A DNA stretch of 41,246 nt from Halorussus marinus (GCF_004765795.1 NZ_SBIV01000010.1:62001-103246), one strand, 5' to 3'. Shown: positions 10,177 through 20,895, counted from the stretch's first letter. The notes: generated by a model not told the origin, from the sequence alone. Made by a program: numbers and translations.

Positions 10177-10596
10177 ATGAACTACCGGGAGGTCTCAGGG
10201 GATCGCGAGTTCGTCGCTCGACTGGGCCACGGCGAGGACTGGCGTTCGGAGATCGAGTCGCTGGCCGACGAGGCGGACGTCGACGCCGCGTGGTTCCTCG
10301 CCATGGGCGCGGTCCAGGACGCGACCGTCTGGTTCTACGACCAGACCGAACTCGAGTACACCGAAGTCGAGTTCGACGAACCGCTCGAAGTCGCCGCGTG
10401 CGTCGGGAACGTCGCGTGGCTCGACGGCGAGCGGTTCGCCCACACCCACGCCGTGCTCTCGCGCCGGAGCGGCCAGACGCTCGCGGGCCACCTCGACTCG
10501 GCGACCGTGTTCGCCGGCGAACTCTACATGCGGAGCTTCGAGAGCGACCTGACCCGCGACCACGACGAGCCCACTGACCTCGACCTCTGGCTATAA
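10177..10596 (+). CDS. PPC/DUF296-domain putative DNA-binding protein
   Basis: ARLGHGED, GNVAWLDGERFAHTHAVLS…LAGHL motifs. Start reassigned to ATG 10177; TAATG overlap with polC. Confidence 0.88.
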   Translation: MNYREVSGDREFVARLGHGEDWRSEIESLADEADVDAAWFLAMGAVQDATVWFYDQTELEYTEVEFDEPLEVAACVGNVAWLDGERFAHTHAVLSRRSGQTLAGHLDSATVFAGELYMRSFESDLTRDHDEPTDLDLWL

Positions 10597-13500
10597 TGCG
10601 GCCGGAAGACGAACGCTACTTCGAGCGGGTCGAATCCGACCTCGACGAGGCCTTCGAAGTCGCCCGCCGAGCGCGCGCAGACAGCGCCGACCCCAAGCCC
10701 GAGGTCGAGATTCCGGTCGCGAAAGACATGGCCGACCGGGTCGAGAACATCCTCGGCATCGAGGGCGTGGCCGGGCGCGTCCGCGAACTCGAAGGCGAGA
10801 TGTCCCGCGAGGAGGCGGCGCTCGAACTCGCCGCGGACTTCGCGGAGGGACGGGTCGGCGACTACGAGTCGAAGGCCGGCAAGGTCGAGGGCGCGGTCCG
10901 GACCGCGGTCGCGCTACTCACCGAGGGCGTGGTCGCCGCGCCGATCGAGGGGATCGACCGGGTCGAACTGCTCGAAAACGACGACGGCACCGAGTTCGTC
11001 AACGTCTACTACGCCGGGCCGATCCGGTCGGCCGGGGGGACCGCACAGGCGCTGTCGGTCCTCGTGGCCGACTACACCCGGGCGCTCATCGGCGTCGACG
11101 AGTACAAGCCCCGAGACGACGAGATCGAGCGCTACGCCGAGGAGATCGGCCTCTACGACAAGGAGACCGGCCTCCAGTACACGCCCAAGGACAAGGAGTC
11201 GAAGTTCATCGCCGAGCACATGCCCATCATGCTCGACGGCGAGGCGACCGGCGACGAGGAGGTCTCGGGGTTCCGGGACCTCGAACGGGTCGACACCAAC
11301 AACGCCCGGGGCGGGATGTGTCTCGTGCTCGCGGAGGGCATCGCGCTGAAGGCGCCGAAGATACAGCGCTACACTCGGAATCTCGAGGAGGTCGACTGGC
11401 CGTGGCTACAGGACCTCATCGACGGCACCATCGGAAACGACGACGGCGACGACGCCGAGAGCGAAGACCAAGACGACGCGGCCGGCGACGACGACGCCGA
11501 GGCCGAAGACCGAGACGACGCGGCCGGCCCGCCCCGCGTCGAGCCCGCCACGAAGTTCCTCAGGGACCTCATCGCGGGCCGTCCGGTGTTCGGCCACCCG
11601 AGCGAGGCCGGAGGGTTCCGGCTTCGGTACGGCCGGGCGCGCAACCACGGGTTCGCGACCGCCGGCGTCCACCCCGCCACGATGCACCTCGTCGACGACT
11701 TTCTGGCGACCGGCACCCAGATCAAGACCGAGCGGCCCGGCAAGGCCGCCGGCGTCGTGCCCGTCGACTCCATCGAGGGGCCGACGGTGAAGCTGGCGAA
11801 CGGCGACGTGCGCCGGATCGACGACCCCGAACAGGCCCTCGAACTCCGCAACGGGGTCGAGGCAATCCTCGACCTCGGGGAGTATCTCGTCAACTACGGC
11901 GAGTTCGTCGAGAACAACCATCCGCTCGCGCCCGCCTCCTACACCGTCGAGTGGTGGGTGCAGGACTTCGAGGCGTCGGGCGCCGACGTGCAGGCGATGC
12001 GCGACTCGCCCCGCGTCGACCTCGACGACCCCGACGCCGACGAGGCCTTAGAGTGGGCCGGCGAGTACGACTGCCCGCTCCACCCGAAGTACACCTACCT
12101 CTGGCACGACATCACCGTCGATCAGTTCGAGGCGCTGGCCGACGCGGTGGTCGCGGGCGGCCTCGACGACGGGACGCTCGTGGTCGAAAACACCGATCCC
12201 GTCCGGGAGGCCCTCGAAAAACTGCTCGTCCGTCACTCGGAGGGCGACGAGCGCATCCGGATCCGCGAGTGGCTCCCGCTCGCGCGCTCGCTGGGGCTGA
12301 GCGCCGACCGCGAGCGGACGTGGGAGGAGCTCTCTACGACCGCCCGCGAGTGGGGCGAAGCCGAGTCGGGCGACAACGCGGTGAAGGCCGCCAACGAAGT
12401 CGCGCCGTTCGAGATCCGCGAGCGCGCCCCGACCCGGATCGGCAACCGGATGGGCCGCCCCGAGAAGTCCGAGTCTCGGGAGCTCTCGCCGGCGGTCCAC
12501 ACCCTCTTTCCCATCGGCGAGGCCGGCGGGAGCCAGCGCGACGTGGTGGCGGCCGCCGCACACGCCGAGGGGATGGCCGACACCCCCGGGGAGGTCGAGG
12601 TGCAGGTCGGCCGCCGGGAGTGTGCCGACTGCGGCGAGCACACCTTCAAGACGACGTGTCCGGACTGCGACGGCAACACCGTCCCGCACTTCACCTGTCC
12701 GGACTGTGGCTCAGTGGTGGAACTCGACGAGTCGGGGCGGGCGGTCTGTGACCGCTGTGAGGTCGAGGCCTCGTCGGTCGAGACCCGCGTCGTCGACGTG
12801 AACGACGAACTCCGGTCGGCGCTGGCGGCGGTCGGCGAGCGCGAGAACGTCTTCGACACGCTCAAAGGCGTCAAGGGGCTGTCGTCGTCGTACAAGACGC
12901 CCGAGCCGATCGAGAAGGGCGTCCTCCGGGCGAAACACGGCGTCTCCTCGTTCAAAGACGGGACGGTCCGGTACGACATGACCGACCTGCCCGTCACCGC
13001 GGTCCGGCCCGCGGAACTCGACGTGAGCGCCGACCGCTTCCGGGCGCTCGGCTACGAAGAGGACATCCACGGCGAGCCGCTTCGCCACGACGACCAGCTG
13101 GTCGAGCTCAAGGTTCAGGACGTCGTGCTCTCGGACGGCGCGGCCGAGCACATGCTCAAGACCGCGGACTTCGTCGACGACCTGCTCGAGAGCTACTACG
13201 GGCTCGACGCCTTCTACGAGGTCGAGGAGCGCGACGACCTCGTCGGCGAACTGGTCTTCGGGATGGCGCCCCACACCTCGGCGGCCGTGGTGGGGCGGGT
13301 CGTGGGGTTCACGAGCGCGGCGGTCGGCTACGCGCATCCGTACTTTCACGCCGCGAAGCGTCGCAACTGCTTCCATCCCGAGACGAAGGTCTGGTACGAA
13401 GACGAGTCAGGGGAATGGCACCACAACCCAATCGAGACCCTCGTCGAGGAACGGCTCGACCCTGAAACCGCGGACGAGGACAGTTTCGGCGCGCTCGTCC

Positions 13501-15602
13501 AGCACCTCGACGGCGACGTATTCGTCCCATCCATCACTGAAGGCGGCAAGCAGACTCTCCGGCGGATCGAAACAATCTCGGAACACCCCTCGTCCGACCA
13601 CCTCGTGCGCGTCGAAACCAAAAGCGGCCGCGAACTGACCGTGACGCCGGACCACTCGATGCGACGCTGGAAAGACGGCAGCGTCGAGCGCGTCACGGCC
13701 CACCGTCTCACCGAGGGCGACGCGATACCCGCACCGAAGCAGGTCCCGGTCGACGGTTCGGTCGAGACGTACGACTTGCTCGCCGAGTTCCTCGACGCCA
13801 ACTCTATCCCGAACGAAGACCTGACGATTCGCGGAATCGGGGAAGCCAACCTGAAGGAACTGCTAGCCGACGCAACCAACGCGGATAGCTACCTGAAGCC
13901 CGTCGCGGATCAGCTCGGCCTGAACGACTCGACGGTGTACAACTGGATATCCCGCGACAGCATCCCCGCGAGCGCACTCCTCAAATTTTTCAACCGCGAG
14001 ACTGTTCTCGACCAGGTTCCCGACGGCGTTACGCTCGGTGTTCGACGCGATACCGCGGAGGTTTCTCGCTTTTTCGATGTCGACGAATCCGTCGGCACGC
14101 TGCTCGGCTACTACGCAGCGGAAGGCTTCACGCGGAAGGAGAAGGGATCATTCTACCAGACGACCATCTGCACGCCAGACGAGGCTCCTCGAAAGGAGCT
14201 GGCAGAGACGTTCGAGGAGACGCTGAACGTCGACGCATTCGAGGAGAACGAGTGGAAGGTCACGGTGTCCAGTCGCCTTGTGACGTCCCTGTTTGCGGAT
14301 GTCCTCGACGCCGGTAGCCGCGCCCAGACGAAACGAATCCCGGACTGCATCCTTTCCGCGCCGGACTCCGTACTACGCTCATTCCTCGCAGCGTACTTCT
14401 CGGGCGACGGCAGCACCGCGAGCGACCGCGTTGAGGTGCGTGCGCACACCGTCAGCGATGACCTCAAGTCGGACCTCGTCGCGGCCCTCAAACGGTTCGG
14501 TGTCGGCGCGAAAACGTACCGGGAAGAGCGAACACCCAAGACCGGCGCGGTCGCAAATTTCTACGACGAGTCCAAATCATTCGAGACGTGGGTGCTGAAG
14601 ATCACCTCGCAGAACGCGGTTCGGTTCGCAGACCGGGTGGGTTTCGATCTCGATCGAAAATCCGAGACGCTTGACGATGCTGTTGAAGATGTCGAAACTC
14701 GAACACAACGCCTCTTCGGTGACGGCGGCGACGTATGGCTTGACGAGATCGTCAGTATAGAGGTCGTTGAATCGTCCGTCGAACACACGTATTGTGTCAC
14801 CGTCGAGGATACTCACACGCTCGTCGCGGACGACGTGTTCGTCGGCCAGTGCGACGGCGACGAGGACTGCGTGATGCTCCTCATGGACGGCCTGCTAAAC
14901 TTTAGCAAGGAGTTTCTCCCCGACCAGCGCGGCGGCCAGATGGACGCGCCGCTGGTCATGTCCTCACGGATCGACCCCTCCGAGATCGACGACGAGGCCC
15001 ACAACATGGACATCGTCCGGGAGTACCCACGGGAGTTCTACGAGGCGACCCGGGAGCTGGCCGACCCCGGCGAGGTCGAGGACGTGATGACCATCGCCGA
15101 GGAGAACCTCGGCACCGACCGGGAGTACACCGACTTCCACCACAGCCACGACGTGACCGACATCGCGATGGGACCGGACCTCTCGGCGTACAAGACGCTG
15201 GGGTCGATGATGGACAAGATGGACGCCCAGCTCGAACTCGCCCGGAAGCTCTACGCGGTCGACGAGACCGACGTCGCCGAGCGGGTGATCGAGTACCACT
15301 TCCTGCCGGACCTCATCGGCAACCTCCGGGCGTTCTCACGACAGGAGACCAGATGTCTCGACTGCGGCGAGAAGTACCGCCGGATGCCCCTGACCGAAGA
15401 GTGTCGGGAGTGTGGCGGCCGAGTGAACCTGACGGTCCACCAGGGGTCGGTCAACAAGTACATGGAGACCGCGATCCAGGTGGCCGAGACCTACGACTGT
15501 CGAGAGTACACCAAACAGCGCCTCGAAATCATGGACCGGCGGCTGTCGAGCATCTTCGAGAACGACAAGAACAAACAGGGGAGCATCGCGGACTTCATGT
15601 GA
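10596..15602 (+). CDS. polC: DNA polymerase D large subunit DP2 (intein-containing precursor)
   Basis: AGPIRSAGGTAQA, FRLRYGRARN, RIGNRMGRPEK, HAAKRRN|CDGDED catalytic motif split by an intein, and C-terminal Zn finger. Confidence 0.97.
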   Translation: MRPEDERYFERVESDLDEAFEVARRARADSADPKPEVEIPVAKDMADRVENILGIEGVAGRVRELEGEMSREEAALELAADFAEGRVGDYESKAGKVEGAVRTAVALLTEGVVAAPIEGIDRVELLENDDGTEFVNVYYAGPIRSAGGTAQALSVLVADYTRALIGVDEYKPRDDEIERYAEEIGLYDKETGLQYTPKDKESKFIAEHMPIMLDGEATGDEEVSGFRDLERVDTNNARGGMCLVLAEGIALKAPKIQRYTRNLEEVDWPWLQDLIDGTIGNDDGDDAESEDQDDAAGDDDAEAEDRDDAAGPPRVEPATKFLRDLIAGRPVFGHPSEAGGFRLRYGRARNHGFATAGVHPATMHLVDDFLATGTQIKTERPGKAAGVVPVDSIEGPTVKLANGDVRRIDDPEQALELRNGVEAILDLGEYLVNYGEFVENNHPLAPASYTVEWWVQDFEASGADVQAMRDSPRVDLDDPDADEALEWAGEYDCPLHPKYTYLWHDITVDQFEALADAVVAGGLDDGTLVVENTDPVREALEKLLVRHSEGDERIRIREWLPLARSLGLSADRERTWEELSTTAREWGEAESGDNAVKAANEVAPFEIRERAPTRIGNRMGRPEKSESRELSPAVHTLFPIGEAGGSQRDVVAAAAHAEGMADTPGEVEVQVGRRECADCGEHTFKTTCPDCDGNTVPHFTCPDCGSVVELDESGRAVCDRCEVEASSVETRVVDVNDELRSALAAVGERENVFDTLKGVKGLSSSYKTPEPIEKGVLRAKHGVSSFKDGTVRYDMTDLPVTAVRPAELDVSADRFRALGYEEDIHGEPLRHDDQLVELKVQDVVLSDGAAEHMLKTADFVDDLLESYYGLDAFYEVEERDDLVGELVFGMAPHTSAAVVGRVVGFTSAAVGYAHPYFHAAKRRNCFHPETKVWYEDESGEWHHNPIETLVEERLDPETADEDSFGALVQHLDGDVFVPSITEGGKQTLRRIETISEHPSSDHLVRVETKSGRELTVTPDHSMRRWKDGSVERVTAHRLTEGDAIPAPKQVPVDGSVETYDLLAEFLDANSIPNEDLTIRGIGEANLKELLADATNADSYLKPVADQLGLNDSTVYNWISRDSIPASALLKFFNRETVLDQVPDGVTLGVRRDTAEVSRFFDVDESVGTLLGYYAAEGFTRKEKGSFYQTTICTPDEAPRKELAETFEETLNVDAFEENEWKVTVSSRLVTSLFADVLDAGSRAQTKRIPDCILSAPDSVLRSFLAAYFSGDGSTASDRVEVRAHTVSDDLKSDLVAALKRFGVGAKTYREERTPKTGAVANFYDESKSFETWVLKITSQNAVRFADRVGFDLDRKSETLDDAVEDVETRTQRLFGDGGDVWLDEIVSIEVVESSVEHTYCVTVEDTHTLVADDVFVGQCDGDEDCVMLLMDGLLNFSKEFLPDQRGGQMDAPLVMSSRIDPSEIDDEAHNMDIVREYPREFYEATRELADPGEVEDVMTIAEENLGTDREYTDFHHSHDVTDIAMGPDLSAYKTLGSMMDKMDAQLELARKLYAVDETDVAERVIEYHFLPDLIGNLRAFSRQETRCLDCGEKYRRMPLTEECRECGGRVNLTVHQGSVNKYMETAIQVAETYDCREYTKQRLEIMDRRLSSIFENDKNKQGSIADFM
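13368..14849 (+). mobile_element. Intein (494 aa) with LAGLIDADG homing endonuclease in DP2
   Basis: Begins CFHPETKV (block A); block B GRELTVTPDH; LAGLIDADG helices LLGYYAAEG and FLAAYFSGDG; block F TYCVTV; ends VFVGQ before Cys+1 of CDGDED. Visibly more AT-rich codons than the exteins. Confidence 0.95.
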
Positions 15603-15603
15603 A

Positions 15604-15701
15604 CCTTTTGCTGCGGGCGCGCCCCGAGCGGCGCGCCCTTGCAAAACGTTCATGAAAAGCGCGGCGTTCCTCCCTGCGGTCGTCACTTGGCCCGCTCGCT
15701 C
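15604..15701. repeat. REP-like palindromic intergenic repeat, copy 1
   Basis: Hairpin TTTTGC…GGGCGCGCC…GGCGCGCCC…GCAAAA. Blocks 15620-15646 and 15660-15701 match 34648-34674 (25/27) and 34737-34778 (37/42). Confidence 0.75.
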
Positions 15702-15739
15702 GGGCTCTGCCCTCGCTCGCGATCGGACTCGCGGCGATC

Positions 15740-15849
15740 ACCGCGACCGTACCGCGACCGCACTGCGACCGTACCGCGACCGCACTGCGATCGTACCGCC
15801 ACAGCGCCGCGACCGCACTGCGACCGTACCGCCATAGCGACGCGACCGC
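15740..15849. repeat. Tandem 11-bp repeat, about 10 units (ACYGCGACCGY)
   Basis: accgcgaccgt/accgcgaccgc/actgcgaccgt… in the convergent intergenic gap after polC. Confidence 0.9.
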
Positions 15850-15856
15850 AGGCGGT

Positions 15857-16516
15857 CTACCGCCCCTCCGCGAGCCGACTGCCGATCCGGGAGGGGAGAC
15901 CCGCCTCCTCGACCGCGCGCTGGACCGCCTCGATGTCGTATTCCACGCGACGTTCCTCGACGGTCAGATCGTCGAGGTCCAGAATCGCGTAGGCGGCGCG
16001 GGGATCGCTGTCGCGGGGCTGGCCGACGCTCCCGGGGTTCAAGACGACGCCCTCGTCGTACACCTCGTGGTGCTGGACGTGGGTGTGACCCATGATCAGC
16101 GCGTCCTCCTCGCCGAGGAGGTCCGGACCGAACTCGTGGGGGCGAGTGTAGTGGTCGGGGTCCTCGGGATGGCCGTGGACGATCTTCACCCGATCGTCGA
16201 ACTCGCGGCGCTCGTCGGGGAGCTCGGCGAGCCACGCGCGCTGGTCGTCCGAGAGGCGTTCGTCGGCGTGTTCGACGCCCGCCTTCGCCATCGCGTTGAA
16301 CCGGAAGGCGGTGCCGGTGGCGACCGCCCGATCGTGGTTGCCCATCACCGTCGGGACGCCGCGGGTCCGGATCGCCTCGACGCACTCGGCGGGCCACGGG
16401 TTGTACCCGACCACGTCGCCGGCGCAGACGAGCGCGTCGACGTCGGGGAGGTCCGCGAGCACGGCTTCGAGCGCGATCTCGTTCGAGTGGACGTCCGAGA
16501 GAACGCCGACCTTCAT
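15857..16516 (-). CDS. Metallophosphoesterase (calcineurin-like, YfcE/MJ0936 type)
   Basis: SDVHSN, GDVVGY, GNHD, GHTH, NPGSVGQPRD motifs; start reassigned to ATG 16516. Confidence 0.92.
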   Translation of the reverse strand: MKVGVLSDVHSNEIALEAVLADLPDVDALVCAGDVVGYNPWPAECVEAIRTRGVPTVMGNHDRAVATGTAFRFNAMAKAGVEHADERLSDDQRAWLAELPDERREFDDRVKIVHGHPEDPDHYTRPHEFGPDLLGEEDALIMGHTHVQHHEVYDEGVVLNPGSVGQPRDSDPRAAYAILDLDDLTVEERRVEYDIEAVQRAVEEAGLPSRIGSRLAEGR

Positions 16517-16541
16517 GGTCGACCGATGGGTCGCCTGCGAC

Positions 16542-17117
16542 TTAGTTCCCGTTCTCGATCGCGAGCGAGAAGCCGTCCTCGGCGCGGGCGAGCCCGGCCG
16601 CACACACCGCGTGTTCGAACTCGAGGTCGTAGACCTCGCGGGCGGCGTCGGCGGCCGTCGACGCCTCGAAGTCGAACGCCTCGGGCGCGTCCTTCTCGTA
16701 AGTCGCCACGAGCGTCGGCTCGTCGACCTCGCGGACCAACAGCGCGTCCCGGCGGACGGTTCCGACGAACGCCCCGTCGTCGCCGACGACGCCCGCGATG
16801 CGGGGCGTGTCGTAGTCGTCTTTCTCGTAGTCCAGCGCGAGCAGGCTCTCGGCGAGCGCGTCGCGCGCCGGGTAACCGAGATCGAGTTTCTCGGTGATCG
16901 GATCGACGTGCGAGCCGTTGCCGACGACCGCCGACTCGCCGGTCGTCCGGACGCAGTTGTACGAGACGTACGGGTTGTCAGTCTCGGGCGCGTCGGCGGT
17001 CGGCGCGACCGTCAGTGCCGCCTCGCGCTCGACGACGCGTCGGTTCGGGAACGACCGCGAGGAGACGCGGTAGGCCGCCAGTTCGGGCGCGACGATCAGA
17101 AACCGTCCGATGTACAT
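16542..17117 (-). CDS. purO: Archaeal IMP cyclohydrolase
   Basis: MYIGRF…[42 protein letters not shown]. Confidence 0.95.
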   Translation of the reverse strand: MYIGRFLIVAPELAAYRVSSRSFPNRRVVEREAALTVAPTADAPETDNPYVSYNCVRTTGESAVVGNGSHVDPITEKLDLGYPARDALAESLLALDYEKDDYDTPRIAGVVGDDGAFVGTVRRDALLVREVDEPTLVATYEKDAPEAFDFEASTAADAAREVYDLEFEHAVCAAGLARAEDGFSLAIENGN

Positions 17118-17302
17118 ACACGAACGTGCGTACTTTTCGGCCAAATACGTGTTGGTTCATGCACGGACGACGAACAGTTCGGGAACGGGAGGCCGCCCGA
17201 CGAAACTGCGGTCGGCGCGGACCGAACGAGAGTGAGAAACCGTCGCAGGGCGGACCGAACGCGCAACGCTTACAATCCCCCGGCGACTACCCGAGAGTGC
17301 AG

Positions 17303-17375
17303 AGTCCCATGGGGTAGTGGCCAATCCTGAAGCCTTCTGGGGGCTTCGACCCAGGTTCGAATCCTGGTGGGACTA
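17303..17375 (+). tRNA. tRNA-Gln(CTG)
   Basis: Cloverleaf: acceptor AGTCCCA/TGGGACT, anticodon arm AAGCC-TTCTGGG-GGCTT, T arm CCAGG-TTCGAAT-CCTGG. No intron, no encoded CCA. Confidence 0.96.
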
Positions 17376-17580
17376 TTCTTGGTTTCCCGTCGACTCCGAG
17401 CGAATTCTTACTTTCGAGTTTCGATCTCGGCATCGGGCGCCGTCTCGTCGGAGTTTCGCCTCCGAGGAGAGCGATACCGAAAGAGATTAAACAGCCGGTT
17501 CCGAAACCGACAAAGCGCAGAAATCGGATCGTACGGGCTCTTATACCCCCCTCGAAAGCCTCGGCTCCGTCTCTCGATTC

Positions 17581-17602
17581 AACCCCTTCGTTTCGACTGG
17601 AG
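17581..17602 (-). promoter_or_regulatory. Distal ORB-like box
   Basis: Reverse complement CTCCAGTCGAAACGAAGGGGTT closely matches the oriC ORB CTCCACCCGAAACGAAGGGGT. Confidence 0.6.
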
Positions 17603-17624
17603 ACGAGGACCGGGCCCGCCACAG

Positions 17625-18005
17625 CTAGTTCGAGTTCGCGTTCGACTCGTCGTCGGTCGCGTCTCCGTCGAGCGCCCCGAGGTCGCGCTGGTCGTTGTAC
17701 TCCTCGGGCCCCGCCGCCGCGCCGGTGATCTCGCCGTATATCGCTTCGCGGGCCTCGTCGGCGGACTCGAACCGCTCGTCGACCAGCCGATCGAACACGC
17801 TCCCGAGCGATTCGGTCTCGTTCGCGAGGTCGAGGGGCTGGTCGCCGTACTCGGCCGCCAGTTCCTCGCTGGTCGCGGGGTACTTGTGTTCGCCGAGCAG
17901 TTCGCCGGCCTCCCCGAGCATCGACTCGACGCTCTCGGTCCGCTCGCGCCGGCGTTCGCGGGCGCGTCGCTGCTCTTTCTCGGCGTCCGGATCGTAGTCG
18001 GACAT
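17625..18005 (-). CDS. Conserved haloarchaeal acidic hypothetical protein
   Basis: 126 aa, YPATSEELAAEYGD…FESADEAREAI pattern. Confidence 0.82.
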   Translation of the reverse strand: MSDYDPDAEKEQRRARERRRERTESVESMLGEAGELLGEHKYPATSEELAAEYGDQPLDLANETESLGSVFDRLVDERFESADEAREAIYGEITGAAAGPEEYNDQRDLGALDGDATDDESNANSN

Positions 18006-18087
18006 GGATTCGGCTACGGTCGTGACGTCCCTAACCTTGCTGGCTGTCGAGCCGGCGAGCGCTCGGCGCGGCCGGCGTCGACGAAGG

Positions 18088-18600
18088 TCACTTCTCCACG
18101 TCGAGCAGGGCGACTCGCTCGCGGACGAGCTCCGCGAGCGTCGCGTCGGTGGCGGCGAGTTCGGCGTCCGAGACGTCGAAAAACTCCCGAACCGCCGGGG
18201 TGTCGATGCGGTCGGACGAAGCGGCGTCCGGGTCGGTCGAGGCCAGCAGGTCTCGGACCGCGTCGGCCGCGGCGGCCTCGTCGGCCGCCGGGTCGAGACC
18301 GTTCACGGCGACCGCCACGGGCGCGTCGCCCTCGCCGACCCCCAGACGAAGCGCGCGGTTGATCTGGCGTCGCCCCGCGGCGTACAGCAGTATCTCGACT
18401 GCGGGGTCGCGAGCGACGTTCTCGCCTCGCTTGAACGCGCGGTCGGCGTGCTCGACCGCCGCCCGGAGATGTGACTCGCCGACGACGAGGTCGGCGTCGA
18501 CCGCTTGGACCGCACAGTCGTGCTCGTCGCCGATCGCCCTCAACCGGTCGAGAAAGCGATCGAGGTCCGCGATCTCGGCCCGGCCGTCGACGATCTTCAT
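18088..18600 (-). CDS. cgi121: KEOPS complex subunit Cgi121
   Basis: QAVDADLV…HL..A…A.RA, EILLYAAGRRQINRAL.LG, end ERVALLDVEK; start ATG 18600. Confidence 0.9.
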   Translation of the reverse strand: MKIVDGRAEIADLDRFLDRLRAIGDEHDCAVQAVDADLVVGESHLRAAVEHADRAFKRGENVARDPAVEILLYAAGRRQINRALRLGVGEGDAPVAVAVNGLDPAADEAAAADAVRDLLASTDPDAASSDRIDTPAVREFFDVSDAELAATDATLAELVRERVALLDVEK

Positions 18601-18613
18601 CGGTCGGCCCCCG

Positions 18614-20857
18614 TCATTCGAAATCACCGAGGCTCTGCTGGCCGCCGTCGCCGGCGTCCGCCGACGACTCGGTGTCGAGTTCGGTGTCGGCCTCCACGCC
18701 GGTCAGGTCGGGGTCCTTGCGGCCGACGTTTTCGAGGATGGTCTCGGCGGTCTTCGTGCGGCCCCGGACCGCCCCGAGAACGACCGACTTGTCGGCCTCC
18801 CGGAGGTCGGCTCGCGACTCGACGCCGGCCTCGTAAAGCCGCCGAGCGCGCTTGCGACCGACGTTCCGGACGCCCGCGAGGTCCAACAGCTCCTCGCGGA
18901 CGCCATACTCGACGCGCTTGCGCGCCTCCCGGATCGCGGGCCCACATTCGAGGTCGAGTTCGCCCGCCAGTCGCTCGGCGGCGTTGAGCAGCCACTCGGC
19001 GGTCTCGACCTTCCCGCGGATGTCGCCCGGGCCGACGCCGTAGCGCTCGGCGATGGCGTCCTCGTCGGTCTCGGACGCCCAGTCTTCGAGCATCCGGGCG
19101 GTCTTGAGCGCCGAGAGCCAGTCTTCAAACGCGCCGTCGTCGAACTCCGAGGGCATCGAGCCGAGGAACTCCGTCTCGCGCTCGTAGGCGAGTTCGGTGT
19201 ACTCCTCGCGGTCGCCCGACCGGAGGTAGAGTTCGTACATGTCGGGCGTGCGCGCGACGAGGTGGTAGAGCCCGAACGCTGTCGGGCGGTCCTCGGCGTC
19301 CCGTAGCCCGTAGATGATCTCGGCCGCGCTCATCGGGTCGACGTACAACTGTGAGACGCGGTGGCCGAGACCGGTCGCGCGCAGGCCCCCGTTCTCGCGT
19401 GCGAGAAACTCGTTGCGTTCGAGGTAGTCCAGAACGTTCTGTGTCACCGTTTCGAGCCGGCCCGTCTCGTCGGTCTGGGTGGCGTAGAGAGTGCGTTCGA
19501 GAAACGACACCAGCTCGTCTTCGGTGTCGGCGAACCCCGTCGCGACGGTCGCGAGGATGTGAGTCCGGAGCGCGGGCTCGGCCGCGAGTTTGGAGCGCAC
19601 CGGCTCGGGGTCGGCCCAGACGTAGCGCTCGAACAACTCGTCGAGCTCGTCGTGGCTGTTGGCGATGAGCACCGCCTCGCCGTAGGGGTCCAGTCCCGGC
19701 CGGCCGGCCCGGCCGAACATCTGGTGGACCTCCAGCACGTCGAGGGGCGCCATCCCGCCGACGTCGCCGTCGTAGCGCCGCCAGTCCCTGACGATGACCC
19801 GACGGGACGGGGTGTTGACCCCCGCCGCGAGCGTCGGGGTCGCGGAGATGACTTTCACGAGTCGGTCGCGGAAGGCGTCTTCGACGAGCGCGCGGTGGTC
19901 GCTCGCGAGCCCGGCGTGGTGAAACGCCGCGCCCTTCGCGACGGCGTCGGCGAGGTCCTCGCTGGTCTGGGTGTCGCTCGCTTCCCGGATCTCGTCGGCG
20001 ATCTCCGCGAGCCGGTCGCGCTCCTCGGGGTCGAGGTGGTCGCGGGTCACGTCCGCGAGTCGGCGCGCCGAGGCCTCGGCGTTGCGCCGAGAGTTGACGA
20101 ACACCAGCGACGATCCCTCGTCGGTCAGGGTATCCTCGACGAGGGCGGCGGTCGCCTTCTCGTTGCCCCGCGAGATCTGGGTCTTCGAGCCGTCGTCGAA
20201 GTGGAGCGCCTGCCCGTAGAGGACCCCCGATCGGAGTTCGATCGGCCGCCACGTCGAGTCGACCAGCGTCGCGTCGAGCCAGTCGGCGATCTCGTCGGCG
20301 TTGCCGACCGTCGCCGAGAGCGCGACCGTCTGGAGGTCCTCGTTGAGCTTGCGGAGCTTCGCGAGGGTGACTTCGAGCGTCGGGCCGCGGTTGGGGTCGT
20401 CGACGAGATGGACCTCGTCGGCGACCACGCAGGTCAGGTCGTCGACCCATTGGGCGCCGTTCCGGACGAGCGAGTCGACCTTCTCGCTGGTGGCGACGAT
20501 GATGTCCTTGCTCGCCAGCCAGTCGCCGTCGCTGTCGTAGTTGCCGGTCGAGACGCCCACGTCGATCCCGTACTGCTCGAACTCCTCGAACTCGGCCTTC
20601 TTTTCGCTGGCGAGCGCCCGGAGCGGAACGATGTAGAGGGCCTTGCCGCCGCGGGCGACGCTGGTGAGCATCGCGAGTTGCGCGATGAGGGTCTTACCGC
20701 TGGCGGTGGGGACGCTGGCGACCACGCTCTCGCCGTCGGCGACGCCGGCCTCGACGGCCTCGCCCTGTGGCGGGTAGAGCTCCTCGATGCCCTGCTCGCG
20801 GAAGTGGTCGGCGACGCCCTCGGGGAGACCGTCGATGTCGGCGATCTCGACGCTCAC
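18614..20857 (-). CDS. hel308: Ski2-like SF2 DNA helicase Hel308
   Basis: [49 protein letters not shown]-terminal HhH. GTG start at 20857 after a GGAGGTGG SD. Confidence 0.95.
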   Translation of the reverse strand: MSVEIADIDGLPEGVADHFREQGIEELYPPQGEAVEAGVADGESVVASVPTASGKTLIAQLAMLTSVARGGKALYIVPLRALASEKKAEFEEFEQYGIDVGVSTGNYDSDGDWLASKDIIVATSEKVDSLVRNGAQWVDDLTCVVADEVHLVDDPNRGPTLEVTLAKLRKLNEDLQTVALSATVGNADEIADWLDATLVDSTWRPIELRSGVLYGQALHFDDGSKTQISRGNEKATAALVEDTLTDEGSSLVFVNSRRNAEASARRLADVTRDHLDPEERDRLAEIADEIREASDTQTSEDLADAVAKGAAFHHAGLASDHRALVEDAFRDRLVKVISATPTLAAGVNTPSRRVIVRDWRRYDGDVGGMAPLDVLEVHQMFGRAGRPGLDPYGEAVLIANSHDELDELFERYVWADPEPVRSKLAAEPALRTHILATVATGFADTEDELVSFLERTLYATQTDETGRLETVTQNVLDYLERNEFLARENGGLRATGLGHRVSQLYVDPMSAAEIIYGLRDAEDRPTAFGLYHLVARTPDMYELYLRSGDREEYTELAYERETEFLGSMPSEFDDGAFEDWLSALKTARMLEDWASETDEDAIAERYGVGPGDIRGKVETAEWLLNAAERLAGELDLECGPAIREARKRVEYGVREELLDLAGVRNVGRKRARRLYEAGVESRADLREADKSVVLGAVRGRTKTAETILENVGRKDPDLTGVEADTELDTESSADAGDGGQQSLGDFE

Positions 20858-20895
20858 GGGGTCCACCTCCGGCGTCGGGGGACGAACGGGTTCAT
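20854..20895 (-). CDS. Putative 13-aa leaderless uORF ([13 protein letters not shown]) coupled to hel308
   Basis: TTTAAA box at 20922-20927, 27-32 nt above ATG 20895; TGA overlaps the hel308 GTG (GTGA). Confidence 0.45.
   Translation of the reverse strand: MNPFVPRRRRWTP

Noticed and set aside
15740..15849. Possible CRISPR array (also 26357-26421)
   Set aside because: Contiguous tandem units without unique spacers, and no cas genes in the window.
17376..17620. Possible integrated element at tRNA-Gln
   Set aside because: No integrase and no duplicated tRNA 3' end seen; the flanking genes are core genes.
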